From Heterodontus francisci (lineage: Eukaryota): a DNA stretch of 64,000 nucleotides. The translations under genes and the position numbers were made by a program. Position 1 is the first letter of the stretch; every line of letters starts with the position of its first letter. Shown here in pieces: positions 36,583 to 50,077 of the stretch. The notes under the pieces were generated by a model. That model was not told where the DNA came from, ran no database searches, and saw only the letters and a list, made by a program, of their open reading frames with translations. Where the stretch lies: positions 434,001 through 498,000 of the forward strand of contig NW_027140453.1 of NCBI RefSeq assembly GCF_036365525.1, in the 5' to 3' direction.

Positions 36583-36596
36583 GGGACAGGGGGGGA
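36583..36596 (+). other. TRBD: TCR beta D segment 2 (GGGACAGGGGGGGA)
   Basis: 5' RSS CTTTTTTGT-12-CACCGTG (36555-36582); 3' RSS CACTGTG-23-ACAAAAACC (36597-36635). Confidence 0.97.
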
Positions 36597-37538
36597 CACT
36601 GTGATAGAATCCAATGCAGCCCCTGGACAAAAACCTCGCTCTACACACCTGGTGGAGGATCAGCAGAAGGGCAGTGGCAACAGAGTAAACGAGTCAACAT
36701 GGCCCTGGATTATGGCGGGAACTGGGCCCATTTCGGCTTACAGATGTCTCAGAATGGTCCCGCCTTATAACCTAGAACATTCCTGTGGAAAAGAGAATAA
36801 CTGTGTGTCACTGGTGTGGAAACTGGTTACTCTTCAACCACTTAAACACCACCCCGGTGTCCTGGGACCAATATTGATCCCTCAACCAACATCACGAAGA
36901 ATAATCTGCTCATTAATTTCACTGCTGTTTGATGGGACTTCCTTGGCACAATATCAGTTGCTGTGTCTCCCTGTGGTGACCACTTCATAACAAACTGCTT
37001 CATTGGCTGTAAGCTGCTTTGTGTGTCCTGATTGTCTTGACCAGTGCTTCCTAAACGCTGAGCAGGTCAGTTTTAGAAAACTGTTTTCGACCGGGTTGAT
37101 GTAACATGATTTGCTGATGTGCCCAGACAGCACCACTCAATTTCGGCACCGGCACCAAACTGACGGTGTTAGGTAAGATAAAGAGGCCTTTTGTTCTCTC
37201 TACCTTCATGTGTAGCTGTGTGCATTCCAAGCTTACTGCACCCATCCCCCACCACACCCCCCGGACAGTTGAACGAGTTAGGCAGCCAGTTAGATCTGTC
37301 TCATGACCGCCGAGAATTGCGCCGAATTTTCCTCCTGCCCACAAGCGTCCGTTTGTCACGTTGGCGCGGTGTTTCGCTCCCCGGAACGACACTGGCCCTT
37401 CCTTCTGGTTCGCAAAGACCAGTCCAACGGGACACCCCCTTGGCGATGTGTTCCCCGGTAAACCGCCCGGCACAGATCCGTTCAGTTGCAAGGGGAACAG
37501 TTCCCGGGCCAGATCATGACTGGGTTTAGACCATTGTG

Positions 37539-37586
37539 CAGGAAACCTAGCTTACTTCGGCGACGGGACCAAGTTAACAGTTTTCG
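37539..37586 (+). CDS. TRBJ: TRBJ segment GNLAYFGDGTKLTVF
   Basis: Heptamer CATTGTG with weak nonamer; GTAAGG donor. Confidence 0.9.
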
Positions 37587-38164
37587 GTAAGGGACTCTGT
37601 TCTTCCTATCAGATCAACATCTAGGTCTATATGCGGGGAGTAAGTTCAGATATTAGATGCAGAAAGGGGTTAAATCATGAGGACTGGTTACTCAGACTAA
37701 GCTGACAGTCCCTTGAATATAGATCATTAAAGGGCTGATATAATCGAGGTGCTTGAGGTGTTGGATAGATAGAGAGAAACTGCTTCTTCAGGTAGGGGGG
37801 AGTCCAGAACAATTAAAATTCGTGCCGTTCAGGTGTGATATCAGGAACTCTCCCCGAACCCCCCACAACAAAATAAAATACTGTTGCGGCTGGGGGTCAA
37901 TTGATAAGTTCAAATCCAAGATTGTTAGATTTTTGTTAAATAGAATTATTGAGGGTTACAGAACCAAGGTGGGATGATGGAGTTAAGATTCAGAACAACC
38001 CTGATCTAACTGAATGGTGGAAGAGGTTCGAAGGGCTGAATGGCCACCTCCTGTCCCCCTGTTCCAACACCCTTTACGGGCCATTGAAACAGTCAGAACT
38101 TCAATGGAATAGACTTAACAATCTAGACTTGAGGGTTATTTTGCGACAGCCCCATACCATTGTG

Positions 38165-38214
38165 TAATGCTGTGGAAGCATATTTCGGAGATGGGACCAA
38201 ACTGGTGGTTTTAG
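38165..38214 (+). CDS. TRBJ: TRBJ segment NAVEAYFGDGTKLVVL
   Basis: TATTTTGCG-12-CATTGTG; GTGAGT donor. Confidence 0.93.
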
Positions 38215-39754
38215 GTGAGTGAATGCCTTCCTAATGCTGGAAAAGTTAATTCAATTTGGGAATTCACGTGGGGTGGTCCAGGGAGTGAAAATATAGGAAT
38301 TTGGTGAATTAATTTCGACGCTTGTGCTGACAAAGGGAGATCTACAACTTCTGAATTCACGTCACTGGATGGAAAGGGGTTTGAGTGGGGACATAAGGGA
38401 GGGTCTCTAAAATAAACAGTACAAACAGCAATGTAGTTGCAAATGAGAACAGAACAAGAGGACACAGACACAGAACGAAAACTGTCAGATTCAATTCTTC
38501 AGTGTGCCGTTCTGGACTGCATATGATTAAAAAAGCAGAGGCACTGGATAGACCAAAACAAAACATATTTACAAGTGTGCTCCCAAAACTGAGAGAATAT
38601 AACCACAGGAAAGAATGAAGAGGCTGGTGCTGTTTTCTCTAGAAAAGAGAAGGCTGAAGGGAATAACCTGATCGAGGTATTTAAAATTATGACAGAGGCA
38701 AGATGATTCGACTTGTTGGGGAGACCAGAACCAGGGGACCATCAATATAAGACAGTCACTAATAAATCCAATATGGAATTCAGGAGAAGCCTTTTCAACC
38801 AGAGAGTGGCGAGAATGTGGACCTCGCTACCACAGGGAGTGGGCTGAGGCGAATAGCAGAGATGTATTTAAGAGGGAAGCTGGATAAACATATGGGGGAG
38901 AAAGGAATAAAAGGACCCATTGATGGGGTGAGATGAAGAGGGTGTGAGAAGGATCATGTGGAGCATTTAATCGGCTAGGACGTAGTGGGCTGAATGGTCT
39001 GGTTCGGTGCTGAAGCCTCGATATGATTTGATGTATTCCCCATTATCCTAAAGCGTTTGAATGGATGAGAAGTATCTAAAGGGATTTTTTTTTTTTGTGA
39101 ATGGACACTGGGTGTTGAATGCACATTGAACGGCCTGGGAAACGTGAGCTGAAAGTCCAGGGCAGATTGCGAATGATCTTTCCTCATTTACCAGAATGAT
39201 GCTGGGATTAAATTATGGGGGCAGGTTGCTTAGAGATGTTGAGCATTGGAGATTAAGGATTGATCCAACTGATGTGTTTAAGATAATGAGAGGATTCGAT
39301 AGGGTAGATAGAGCTGCAATTTACGCGGGTGTCAGAGCCCAGAGCAAGGGTGAGGGTGGAGGGGAGCATTAGCTTAACATCAAAGCTTGGCCGTTCAGGG
39401 GTGATGCCAGAAAGGACATAACTGAACAAACGGTGGTGGAAATCTGGGCCTCTCTCCCCTATGAAACTGCTGAGGCCACAGGGTCAATTGTCACTTCCCA
39501 ATCTGAGAATGATACAGCCTTGTTAGGAAAAGGGTTTGGAACACAAACAGGCTGATGGGGTTACAATACAGATGAGTCATGACCTCACTGAATGTCAGAA
39601 CAAGCTCGACGGGCTGAATAGCCTACTCCAGCTACAGTATTTCTATGTTCCTTTGTGCCAATACTCCTGTAGGTTCTTTCTCGTTGTGAAAGGCTCCTTC
39701 AGGACAAGAATCAGAGAGAGGTGAGAGGTTTTGATACAGGGATTTAGCTTTGTG

Positions 39755-39804
39755 CTCTTCTGATATTTACGACTTCGGAGCTGGTACCAAGTTAACTGTT
39801 TTAG
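39755..39804 (+). CDS. TRBJ: TRBJ segment SSDIYDFGAGTKLTVL
   Basis: GGTTTTGAT-12-CTTTGTG; GTAGGT donor. Confidence 0.92.
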
Positions 39805-39959
39805 GTAGGTTACCGTCTATATAAACATCTATTGTTCCATCATCCACAATGTATCGGTCTGTGTATCCATCTTTATGTGTATCGATCTACGTAGCTACTT
39901 TTCTGTCGGTGTATCTGTCTATCCAAAGGTGTGTTTTGGTAATGTTGTTTAGTATAGTG

Positions 39960-40016
39960 CAGGCGGGAGCTACCAGCCTTTACATTTTGGAGAAGGTTCG
40001 GCTCTAACAGTATTGG
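39960..40016 (+). CDS. TRBJ: TRBJ segment GGSYQPLHFGEGSALTVL
   Basis: TGTTTTGGT-12-TATAGTG; GTGAGT donor. Confidence 0.9.
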
Positions 40017-40566
40017 GTGAGTTAGACTTTCATTCAATGAAGCCAGGGATGCTGGGTTCATCTTGTCTGTGCAGGCTGGTGGTCACCTGATGGACTGGCT
40101 CTCTGCTGCTTTTCTCCAGCAGGAGAGAGGAGCATGAATGTGGAGCAGTGTCTATGAGGAGGCTTCCACTTGCCTTCCCCAGACACGGTGAGAAAGGAAC
40201 CCGTTCTGTCAGCGTTTTTCTAACTGGCACGTTAGGCAACTGGAGCTATCTGGTCCCAAACTTGTGTGTCGAAGTTAATTAATAATTATGAAGAACTCCA
40301 TGCAAAATCTTCCAGTATTATAAGCACTGTATCTGTGGACATCTAACAGATTCACAGATGGATGGATAGACGGTACTGTGAATGTTGCTGGCTTTAATGG
40401 TCAAGCCCCCGCTCCCCACCTCCCCACCCGGTTATTTTATGAGTGTACTTTGTTGTATGGTCAGCTCATGTTAGTCAAAGGGCAATATCAAATATTAATG
40501 AGATGGACACTGAAAACTGGCAGGGCGCTATTGAGGAATGTTTTCGTGTTGTGACATGATGATGTG

Positions 40567-40624
40567 GGAGCAGGAAATACCCAGCTATCATATTTTGGAG
40601 ACGGCACTAAGTTAACAGTCCTGG
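40567..40624 (+). CDS. TRBJ: TRBJ segment GAGNTQLSYFGDGTKLTVL
   Basis: TGTTTTCGT-12-TGATGTG; GTGAGT donor. Confidence 0.92.
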
Positions 40625-41056
40625 GTGAGTGAGATATTTGTTGAAACATATCAGTGGTCTCAGTAATTATTAAAACTGTCGGCCAGTTTGTCCCCGTCAG
40701 TTTGAAGAAAGGAGAGAGACCATAAACTTTAGAAAAAACAAAGAGTAGCGAAGCAACAGTTAAAACAACTAAACATAGGGGAATGGCGAGGTGGAAATGG
40801 AGGAAGGTTAGGGAGGCAAACCATATCGACAGAGAGACAGATTGGGAGAAAAATGCAGGGAAAAGGGGACGGAAAATTGGAGAGAAAAAGATGGGAGAGG
40901 TAGAGACAAAAACAAAAGAAATAACAAAAAGAGGTAAAGAGGGAAAGGGCGGGGTAATAAATGCAACCCAATACAAAACGATGCAACTGCGCTTAATTAA
41001 CCGGCGTGTAGAGAGTTAAAGATTCCCTAGCTTTGTTACAACTGTGTAACATTGTG

Positions 41057-41108
41057 TCAGGGAACAATGACTACACATTTGGCGATGGCACAAACCTCGT
41101 GGTTTTAG
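41057..41108 (+). CDS. TRBJ: TRBJ segment SGNNDYTFGDGTNLVVL
   Basis: AGCTTTGTT-12-CATTGTG; GTAACT donor. Confidence 0.92.
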
Positions 41109-41439
41109 GTAACTGATTAACGTGGCATCAGTGAGAATCATTCCGCACGGTCTGATATGGTATAGTCTGATTGAAATTTACAAGATTAATATATGAAGAT
41201 AACGCTAATCATATTCCCTATTCAGCTGCCATCCGTTTCTTAACAATGACCGATTGTATGTGTGGAAATCAACAAGTGACAGCTGTCTGGGAAAGCAGAT
41301 TCTGAATGGCCTACCCCTGTCCCTAACGTGACTCTATCGGTTTATGCGAGGAGTGAGATAGAGAGAGAGCTAGGTTAAAAAAAGAGACTAGATGTTTGGA
41401 ATGACCAGTTGATGATTCTGGAACGCACCATCATTGATT

Positions 41440-42030
41440 AAAGATTCACGAGGAGTTGAGTAAGGAAGTGAGGATTAACATTTACAAATCACTGGTTAGG
41501 TCCCAGCTGGAGTATTGTGTTCAGTCCTGGGTACCACACTTTATGACGGTTGTCGAGGCCTTAGATAGGGAGCAGAAATGATTCACCAGAATTGTACCAG
41601 AGATGAGGGACCTCAGATAGTTGTAGAGACTGGAGAACCTGGGATTGTTCTCCTTTGAACAGAAAAGGTTAAATGGAGATTGAATAGAGGTGTTCAAATT
41701 AGTGAAGGTTTTGGATAGAATTAATAATCAGAAACAGTCTCCATTGGCAGATGGGTCGGTAACCAGAGGACACAGGTTTTGAGGCAATTGACAAAAAGAC
41801 CAGAGGAGGAATGAAGAGACATTCCCCCACAGAGGTAGTTACTGTGATCGGGAAGGCATATCTGAACTGGTGGTGGAAGTTGTTTCAGTAGTGACTTTCA
41901 AAGTGGAAATTGATAGATACTCGAAGGGAGATATACAGGACTATGATAAAACCTTTTCATAGAGTCAGCAGAGGTCCTATGGGCCGAATGGTCTCCCCTT
42001 CAGTGATGTATATTTCTGATTCTATGACCT
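41440..42030 (+). mobile_element. CR1-type LINE 3' fragment (paralogous copy at ~32260-32710)
   Basis: IYKSLVRSQLEYCVQSWVPH motif and tail. Confidence 0.8.
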
Positions 42031-42178
42031 TGCTCATTGAGCCACAAATGTAAATTAGGAGATATATAAGTTAAGGAGATGTGATCTACAAACGCTTTCG
42101 AGGACAGGGCCCAAGTGTGACAAAGGCAAGACCTGCACCTCGCCTTATGAGGTTTTGTTACAAGGGCCTCTCACTGTG

Positions 42179-42228
42179 TTCTGGCTCTCAATATTACTTT
42201 GGAAGCGGTACCAAGTTAGTTGTGACAG
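42179..42228 (+). CDS. TRBJ: TRBJ segment SGSQYYFGSGTKLVVT
   Basis: GGTTTTGTT-12-CACTGTG; GTGAGT donor. Confidence 0.95.
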
Positions 42229-42542
42229 GTGAGTCCAGGTATGTTAGACCAACTCTGAGAATGCATGTTGTCTGAAATGGTCGGAAAGATGTTTAAGGCT
42301 CCGGGTTCATTGGTGAAAGACATTTTTCCAATGCATTTAAGATATGGTTGCGCCCAAACAGGGGCAGAGAGAGAGAGAGAGGGAGAAAGACTGATTCTTG
42401 AACTGTATACATGTTTAAAGAAGGGACAATTTCTCCCATTTAGCTTACTTTGGACAAACAAACAAGAGCTGTATTATTCACTCAAATATTCGGCAACATT
42501 TCAGAGACCAGTATAGTTTAGTAACTGGGCTGAAACACTGTG

Positions 42543-42595
42543 TTCTGGAAGCTACGAGTATTTCTTTGGCGACGGGACTAAACTGACTGTGTTGG
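42543..42595 (+). CDS. TRBJ: TRBJ segment SGSYEYFFGDGTKLTVL
   Basis: AGTTTAGTA-12-CACTGTG; GTGAGT donor. Confidence 0.94.
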
Positions 42596-43651
42596 GTGAG
42601 TTGGACGTTCTTTGAAAAAAAATGATTGTAGCTCACGCTGTTTCTGAGTTTCAGTTTGCAACTGAAATGTTGCATTGACAAATAACTCAAAAATTTCAGG
42701 CAGCATTTCCAATGTGCATAAAAGCCAGAATACATGGAAAATACTAAGATGCACAGGGAAAGACATTTTTTTAATTCGTTCGTGGCATCTGGTCCAGAAT
42801 TTATTGCCCATCTCTGATTGTCTTCTGAGTGGTCTGCTAGCTCATTTTTTTTCATCAGATGTGGGCGTCGCTGGCAAGGCCAAGATTTGTTGCCCATCCC
42901 TAATTGCCCTTGGACTGGGTGGTTTGCTATTTCAGAAGGCAGTTGCGAGTCAACTGAAGTCTGAAGTCACTTAAATGACAACAGACGGGGTTTTCTGACA
43001 ATTGACGATAGTTTCATGCAGTTAAACCAGACTTTCATTTATCAGTTGAAGTTAAATTCCTCTGGCTACCCTCGGGATTTTAACCAGAATATTACTAGCA
43101 CAGTAACATTATCACTTTGCAACCATCGCCCCTGCACTCAATGGGGTGTAGGTTTTTCCGCAGTCCTGTCAGGAAGGGAGTTGCAGATTTGTTAACCGTT
43201 TTCTCAGAGGGCAGATTATTTGTTTCCAAAAAATGCTGTCATAATTCTTCCCCCAGAATGAGTGAAATAAAACATCATAATTACATTTAATTATATAGAA
43301 TTTACAGTGTGTAAGCAAGCCAGTGGTGAAACTGCACACGAGCCTCCTCTCACCCTTACTTCATCTAATCTTCTATTCCTTTCTCTCCCATGTCTTTTTC
43401 CAATTTACTCCTTGAAAGCATCTCCAAAATCCATCTCAACCCATTCCTTGTGGTAGTGCATTCCACATTATTACCAAAATCTGAGTAACGAACTTCCCTT
43501 TCTATTCCTCACAATGAATTTCTAATTAACATTATAATGCCCTTGACATAAAGAGTCAAATCTCCAGTGCATTCTGTGTGAGGTTTTGCATCAGTGCACC
43601 AGCTTCATTGCTCTTCGACCTGTAGTTATACTATTGTCATGTAACATTGTG

Positions 43652-43704
43652 TACAGGAAATACTCTGTATTACTTCGGTGACGGGACAAAATTGATTGTT
43701 TTAG
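43652..43704 (+). CDS. TRBJ: TRBJ segment TGNTLYYFGDGTKLIVL
   Basis: AGTTATACT-12-CATTGTG; GTGAGC donor. Confidence 0.92.
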
Positions 43705-44204
43705 GTGAGCACAGAACTGAAGCTTTTGTTGTTTTCGTTAATGAGGATCCTTGAGATTCTCAGACGAAATTAGATGCTCTAAAATACATCATGTTCTCGG
43801 TCACAGAATCACCTCGCCGATTTATATTGGCAGCTGGACCTGCAATATCTTGGTTTAAATATCTTTCACATTTGTTTTCAACTCAACCCAAGGCCTCCCT
43901 GTCCCTGTAATGTCCTCCGGCCCCTACAAACCTCCCTATCCCTGTAACCGCCTCCAGCCTCTATAACTCTCCTTATCCCTGTAACATCCTCCAATCCAGA
44001 CAAATCTCGCTGTCTCTGCAACCTCCACCAGGCCCTATAACTTACCTTTTGTTCTCCTGTGCAATATCTAGGGTGCATTGCCGCTGTCTTTACATCACAC
44101 ATTAATAGTATGTAAATCTACAAATTGAATACATCATTTTGAAGACGTTGCATTTTAGCATTTCTAACTAGATGGGAGTTTTAACACTGACAGGCATCAC
44201 TGTG

Positions 44205-44257
44205 CTCAAATAACTACGATTATACTTTTGGCGATGGGACCAAGTTAGTAGTTTTCG
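44205..44257 (+). CDS. TRBJ: TRBJ segment SNNYDYTFGDGTKLVVF
   Basis: AGTTTTAAC-12-CACTGTG; GTAGGT donor. Confidence 0.94.
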
Positions 44258-44926
44258 GTAGGTGAACGGTTACACCATTGTATTCATTTTACAGTTTAAT
44301 TGCTATTATGTTGCCTCCAATGGGGAGTGGAGAGGGTTTAGTTAATGATTTGACCCAATCTCCAGCCTGCCTTTAAAAGAGATTAATTTGCTTCTCTTTT
44401 AGAGTAACACTATTGTTAAATTGTTCCATTCACTATCCACTGGGATAGTCAAACTTGATAAAGCCATTTGTTGGTCTATTGTTATATTCTGTGATTGCCC
44501 ACAACTCTCCATTATTCTAGTTATCAATGGGAATATCAAGAATCTCATTGTAGCTTTTTATGTGAAACTAAAGCCGTACTGGGATGTCTAACATCAGATA
44601 TTTTGATGGAAAACCCTCTGATTTCACCTCTCGCAGAGGAATCCGTAGTAAAAGTACATGATAATAATTGATTGTAAAAGATCTCTGGAACTCCCTCTTC
44701 AACAAAAAGCTGTGAATCCTGGAGGGCGATTAGACCTGACAAAATTGAGATGGAAATAACTTTGTTTGGGGAGGTTATCGAGGGATATCGAGATCAGAAT
44801 GGTAAATGAAGTGAGGTACAGATCAGCCTTTGAATAGAGGAGCAGGATAGAGGGGCTGAATGGCCGCCTCCTGGTGCAATAGGTTGTCTGGAGGTAATAG
44901 TTTTGTAATGGGAGTGTAACACTGTG

Positions 44927-44982
44927 TTATGGAAAGACCGAACCATTATATTTTGGCCAAGGGACCAAGCTCACAGTTTTGG
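44927..44982 (+). CDS. TRBJ: TRBJ segment YGKTEPLYFGQGTKLTVL
   Basis: AGTTTTGTA-12-CACTGTG; GTATGT donor. Confidence 0.94.
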
Positions 44983-45017
44983 GTATGTAAATGTTAAAGG
45001 CTTTGTTTGTCTAACTA

Positions 45018-45540
45018 GTCCTTGAAGCGGCCAACACTCCCAGCTGATACACACTACTGAGTCAGCGGCGCTTGAGATGGCTTGGCCATGTGAGCCGCAT
45101 GGAAGATGGCAGGATCCCCAAAGACACATTGTACAGCGAGTTCGCCACTGGTATCAGACCCACAGGCCGTCCATGTCTCCGCTATAAAGACGTCTGCAAA
45201 CGCGACATGAAATCGTGTGACATTGATCACAAGTCGTGGGAGTCAGTTGCCAGCGTTCGCCAGAGCTGGCGGGCAGCCATAAAGACAGGGCTAAATTGTG
45301 GCGAGTCGAAGAGACTTAGTAGTTGGCAGGAAAAAAGACAGAGGCGCAAGGGGAGAGCCAACTGTGCAACAGCCCCGACAAACAAATTTCTCTGCAGCAC
45401 CTGTGGAAGAGCCTGTCACTCCAGAATTGGCTTTTATAGCCACTCCAGGCGCTGCTTCACAAACCACTGACCACCTCCAGGCGCGTATCCATTGTCTCTC
45501 GAGATAAGTAGGCCCAAAAGAAAGAAAAGAAAGAAGAAGG
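45018..45540 (+). mobile_element. RTE-clade LINE 3' end (5'-truncated, young-looking)
   Basis: Uninterrupted RLRWLGHVSRMEDGRIPKDTLY...GRPCLRYKD...CSTCGRACHSRIGFYSHSRRC (C-terminal zinc finger) and a purine-rich tail. Confidence 0.88.
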
Positions 45541-46139
45541 GATAGTCTATCATCATATTCTGTAGTTTCCCATTACTGTCCAGTTTTCGAATTATCAACC
45601 AGCACATCGACAAACTTATTATCCTTTCAAAAATATAGAAAATGCTGTGTGACATTAAACCGACAGAGAAGTGCATTGGGTTGTCTAACGTAGAATGTTA
45701 TGGTGGAAATGCCTTCTTGTGATTGGCTGAATTGTTTTGGAATTGGGAGACATTCCTCAGGCTCTTTTCTCAGGAGGGTTATTGGGTGGAGTAGAATCCA
45801 GGATAGACATGGCTGGAAAGACATGACCCTAATACTTTTGTCAATCCATACTTTATGGGCTTGCAGCCAAAATTAAGTCAACAATTCTGAGCTGTTGCCG
45901 CATAAAATTGTTAACCTCACACTAATTAATAAAAATGACCTCTTCGATTTTGTTTTAGAAGATTGTGCTTTGCCTTCATCCGTATAAAATTCAATCCCAT
46001 TCTTAAACAGAGTTTGTTCAGCTTGTTATGATTAACGTCCTGAAGCAGTGATCTTCTGGAATGAATGCTCACTGTTGATAATGGGACAGACTTCTAAAAA
46101 AAACAGTTGATGGAAATAATTAGACAAATATGCATGTTG

Positions 46140-46680
46140 GACACAAGAATACCACTCGGCCCATCTTACTAGAGTCGGCTGTTGGAAAAAGCTCTCCAAT
46201 TCGCCCAACTCACCCCTTTTCTTTCTATACAGCCCTGCAATTTTCGCCTTTTTGAACTATGCTCCAATTCTTTTTTGAAGTTCAATATGCAATCAGTATC
46301 TATCACATTTTCAGGTAATGCATTCCATATCATAACAAGTCGTTGTGTAAAGAAATGGCCCCTCAATAAACATCTGGATCTTTTGCCAATTGCCTTAAAT
46401 CTATGTTCTCTGGTTGTGAAATCTCCGGCCAGTGGAATCAGTCTCCCCCTACTGACTCTAACAAAGCCCTTCGTGGCTTTGAAAGCAACTATTAAATCTC
46501 TCCTCACCTTCTCTGGGAGAACAATCCCACCTTCTCCAGTCTGTCCACATAACTGAGTCCCTCATTTCTAGGACCATTCCAGTAAATCTCTCTCTGCACG
46601 CTCTCCAAGACCTTGACATCCTTCCAAAAGTGTGGTGCCCTGAATTGGGCACGAGACTCCAGCTCAGGCCTAACTGAGGG
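46140..46680 (-). mobile_element. CR1-type LINE 3' fragment
   Basis: RRDLIVAFK...FFTQRLVMIWNALP motif. Confidence 0.82.
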
Positions 46681-46715
46681 CCCTGGTAGTTTTACAACTG
46701 GCCTGTGACATTGTG

Positions 46716-46764
46716 TTCAGCTGGGACCTCGATCTCTTACTTTGGCTCTGGGATTACGTTCTAG
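46716..46764 (+). pseudogene. TRBJ: TRBJ pseudogene SAGTSISYFGSGITF*
   Basis: Good RSS (AGTTTTACA-12-CATTGTG), but a deletion after FGSG gives a frameshift and stop. Confidence 0.85.
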
Positions 46765-47324
46765 GTAGGTAAACAAGAATAGATCTCAATATTCAAATTT
46801 AATTCGCTCTAAGTGTTCATTCATTGCTTCGTAATTCTGCCAAAACTCACAAACCTGGCCACATACTGGAAAACTTGAGTAAATTTGAATCCCAAGATGC
46901 ACAATTTTGCAAAGACAACGTTACCAGACTTCTCTGTGTCTACCCTCCGGAACCCCCCCCCCACCTTTTCATAATCTTAGACGCCTCTTTCAGGTCACCT
47001 CTAAGCCTTCTCTTATCTATCATAAAGGCTATTCAGTCTTTCCTGATAGGTAAATATGTATGAAGACGAGAACTGTGCACAGTGATCCAAGTGTGGTCTA
47101 ACCGAGGGATATGGAGACCAGAACTGTGCACAGAGCTCCAAGAACGTCTAATCAAATTTTACCATAATTTCTCTGTTTTCAAATGGAATGGTGGAGAAAA
47201 GGTCAGAAAAATCTATACATTGCAATTGGTTGAATGATAATTGTTCCAAGGTGTCAGCGCATTCGATGAAGTATCATGTAATCATTGGTACCCAGCAGTT
47301 TTAATACTGCTTTGTAACACTGTG

Positions 47325-47380
47325 TTCTGGAAACAGCACACCTCTCCGCTTTGGCGATGGGACAAGATTAACAGTTCTGG
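47325..47380 (+). CDS. TRBJ: TRBJ segment SGNSTPLRFGDGTRLTVL
   Basis: AGTTTTAAT-12-CACTGTG; GTATGT donor. Confidence 0.94.
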
Positions 47381-48017
47381 GTATGTAAAACCGAGCGATT
47401 TGTCCCCCCAGTGTTCAATGTAAAAGCATTAAGCTTCACCAATGTAAAAGCAGAGAGGCAAGGCTCAACTAGTAGTGATTATTTTAAAAGCTGAACTCAG
47501 GAAGGGCCACTGTCGAGTTTATAACAGATGCAAACCCGAGTCAACGATTTTGAACAGGACTCCAATCAAACACAAGAAGCCACAAAGGACCATTCATCCC
47601 TTGAGCCTCTTACACCATTCACTTAAATCATGGCTGAGTTTTATCTTAGCTCCAGCTACCGTTTTTGGTCCCATAACCTTTAACACACTGACCCAACAAA
47701 AATGATTGAATGTAATAAACAAAGACTAGATCTAGTCAAGATTGTAGAAGATTAGATACTAAATGGCAAACTCACCTAGTCTTCCTTCAAGAAAATAACT
47801 AAATTGAGTGCATAAGGAATTGACTTACATTTATGCTGAAACACTATTTCAAATCAGAATTCAAAGTGAGAGATACGTGGCAATGTCCAAACAGTTTAAC
47901 AATTTCACTACTTGCTTTCTTGGCATACTAAATAAATATAGGGAACAAGCTACTGCATTGGCAGTCTACGGGAACTGTTAGGCAATCCTAGTTTTCTGAT
48001 AGGAATGTAGCATTGTG

Positions 48018-48069
48018 GATGTAACTACTAACTTTCATTTTGGCCCCGGTTCCAAATTAACAGTGTTGG
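48018..48069 (+). CDS. TRBJ: TRBJ segment DVTTNFHFGPGSKLTVL
   Basis: AGTTTTCTG-12-CATTGTG; GTAAGT donor. Confidence 0.93.
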
Positions 48070-49086
48070 GTAAGTTTTAAAAAATGTAACGTTTTGAGTG
48101 CGTCAATTAAGTTAGTTGTATATTTACCCATGGCATTGCACTCCAGTACATAACTGCACAGTGCTGTATGTCTGACCCTGCTACCCAGATTTCCCTCGTT
48201 GCCCCACTTATTACCAAATTATCGTAATAATTATTATATTTATTTCGCAATATTTCAGCAAGATGTATTCTGAAAACAAGTAGGATAAAGCAGAGAAGAT
48301 TAAGTGGTGGTGGGAGGATTGATACCAGGGAGAAAGGATTTCAGCTTTGTAGAGAGACTGGAAAAGCTGAATATTGTTCTCCTTGGAGCAGAGAAGGTTA
48401 AAGAAGATTTGCCAGTGTGGTACCAGGGATGAATGACTTCAATTGTGTGGAGATACTGGAGAAACTGGGGTTGTTCTCCTTAGAGAAGAGAAGGTTAAGG
48501 TGAGAATTAATATCATATTCAAAATGTCCAAAATCATATGGTTTGTAATAGAGTAAATAAGAATAACTCATTTCTGCTGGGAGAAGAGTCGGTAAGCAAA
48601 GAGAACAGATTTGTGATTGGCAAAAGAAACAAAGAGGGAGATGAGTATTTGCTTTTACACAGCCAATTGTTGTGATGTGGAATGCACTGCCTGAAAATAG
48701 CTCAAACAATGCATTTGATGCATACTTGAAGGCTAACAAATGTAGGGTTATGGTGAAGCAGCAAGAAGCTCTGGGTGTTCGCAGAAGATTGAGCAACCTG
48801 AAGGCTTAATTCTAATTGGTATCCCCTGATGCAGTGCGACATAGTACTTGTCTGCATCTTTAATATTGACTAATATCCAATAATAACAGCAAACAAAGCA
48901 CAGGGCTTCCTTTGCAGGGGATTAGCTAGCATTCCAAAGCACAGAAGTTACATGAAACTTATATAGAACTTTGGTTAGATTGTTGCAATTTCAATGAATT
49001 TCGATGTAAAATCCCCAGCACCAACTCCATCCATCTGGAGGGGAGAGACACTCTTGTTAGTTTTAGTGTAGGGTTGCAGCATGGTG

Positions 49087-49137
49087 CTTCAGGATATGAA
49101 CAGTATTCTGGAGGGGGCACGAAGCTAAGCGTTTCGG
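49087..49137 (+). CDS. TRBJ: TRBJ open reading frame with non-canonical SGGG (SGYEQYSGGGTKLSVS)
   Basis: AGTTTTAGT-12-CATGGTG; GTGAGT donor; Phe of FGXG replaced by Ser. Confidence 0.8.
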
Positions 49138-50077
49138 GTGAGTAGCTGACAGTACAAGAGGTCTCAGTTAATGATGGATGGACAGAAGTCTGCTGTTGTT
49201 CTACGGATGCAGTTCTCTAATTGTGGGGAGGGATTTTAGCAGATGAACACGAGGATTCATTTCACGTGTAGGGGACATTTACGCGGGATTCGTGCATTGT
49301 TCTGTCAGTGAGGCGGTGGCTCCTTATTTCTGTAACTTCCTCTGGACCTAAAAGAAACCCTGATGATTTCTCTGTGCTCCTCCAATTCTGGCCTTTGTGC
49401 ATCCTGCCCTCCCTCGAACCCACCATTGGCGGCTGTGCCTTCAGCTGCCTGAGCCCTAAACCCTGGAATTCCCTCCTTATACACCTCTGCTTCTCTCCCT
49501 CTCTCCTTCTTTGAGATGTATCTTAGAACCTACTTCTTTGACAGGTCACCTGTCCCTAATATCTACTTCGATAACTCGGTATCAAGTTGCTGTCTGAGTT
49601 GCTCTGATGGTGTGATTTTTCACTGCATCAACGGTGCTAGTTAAATGCAATTTTTTTGTTGTTATTAATCACCAGGTAGGCCTCGCCTGGAGTATTGTGA
49701 CCAATTCGTGGCGAACACACTTTAGGAAGGATGTCAAGGCCATAGAGAGGGTGCAGAAGATGTTTACTAGAATGGTACCAGACATGGGGAGGTTTCACTT
49801 GTGTTTAGAAATGGGAGAAGCTGGGATTGTTCTCCTTGGAGCAGAGAAGGCGAAGGGGAGATCAGTGTTGTTTTATTAAACTTATTCTTAAAATAAAGAC
49901 ACATTCGCAAGTAACCAGGAAAAGCAGACAAAATATAAAGGGAAAATTAATTGAAGACAAACAACAGCGTGGTGAATCCCGGAGGGAGGAAGTCCCAATA
50001 AAAGTACAATTGTTAAGACCAAAATTAAACTTGTGTTCAGCCCCTTTGGAAACAGGTAGATTTTGGACAGCAACGTG

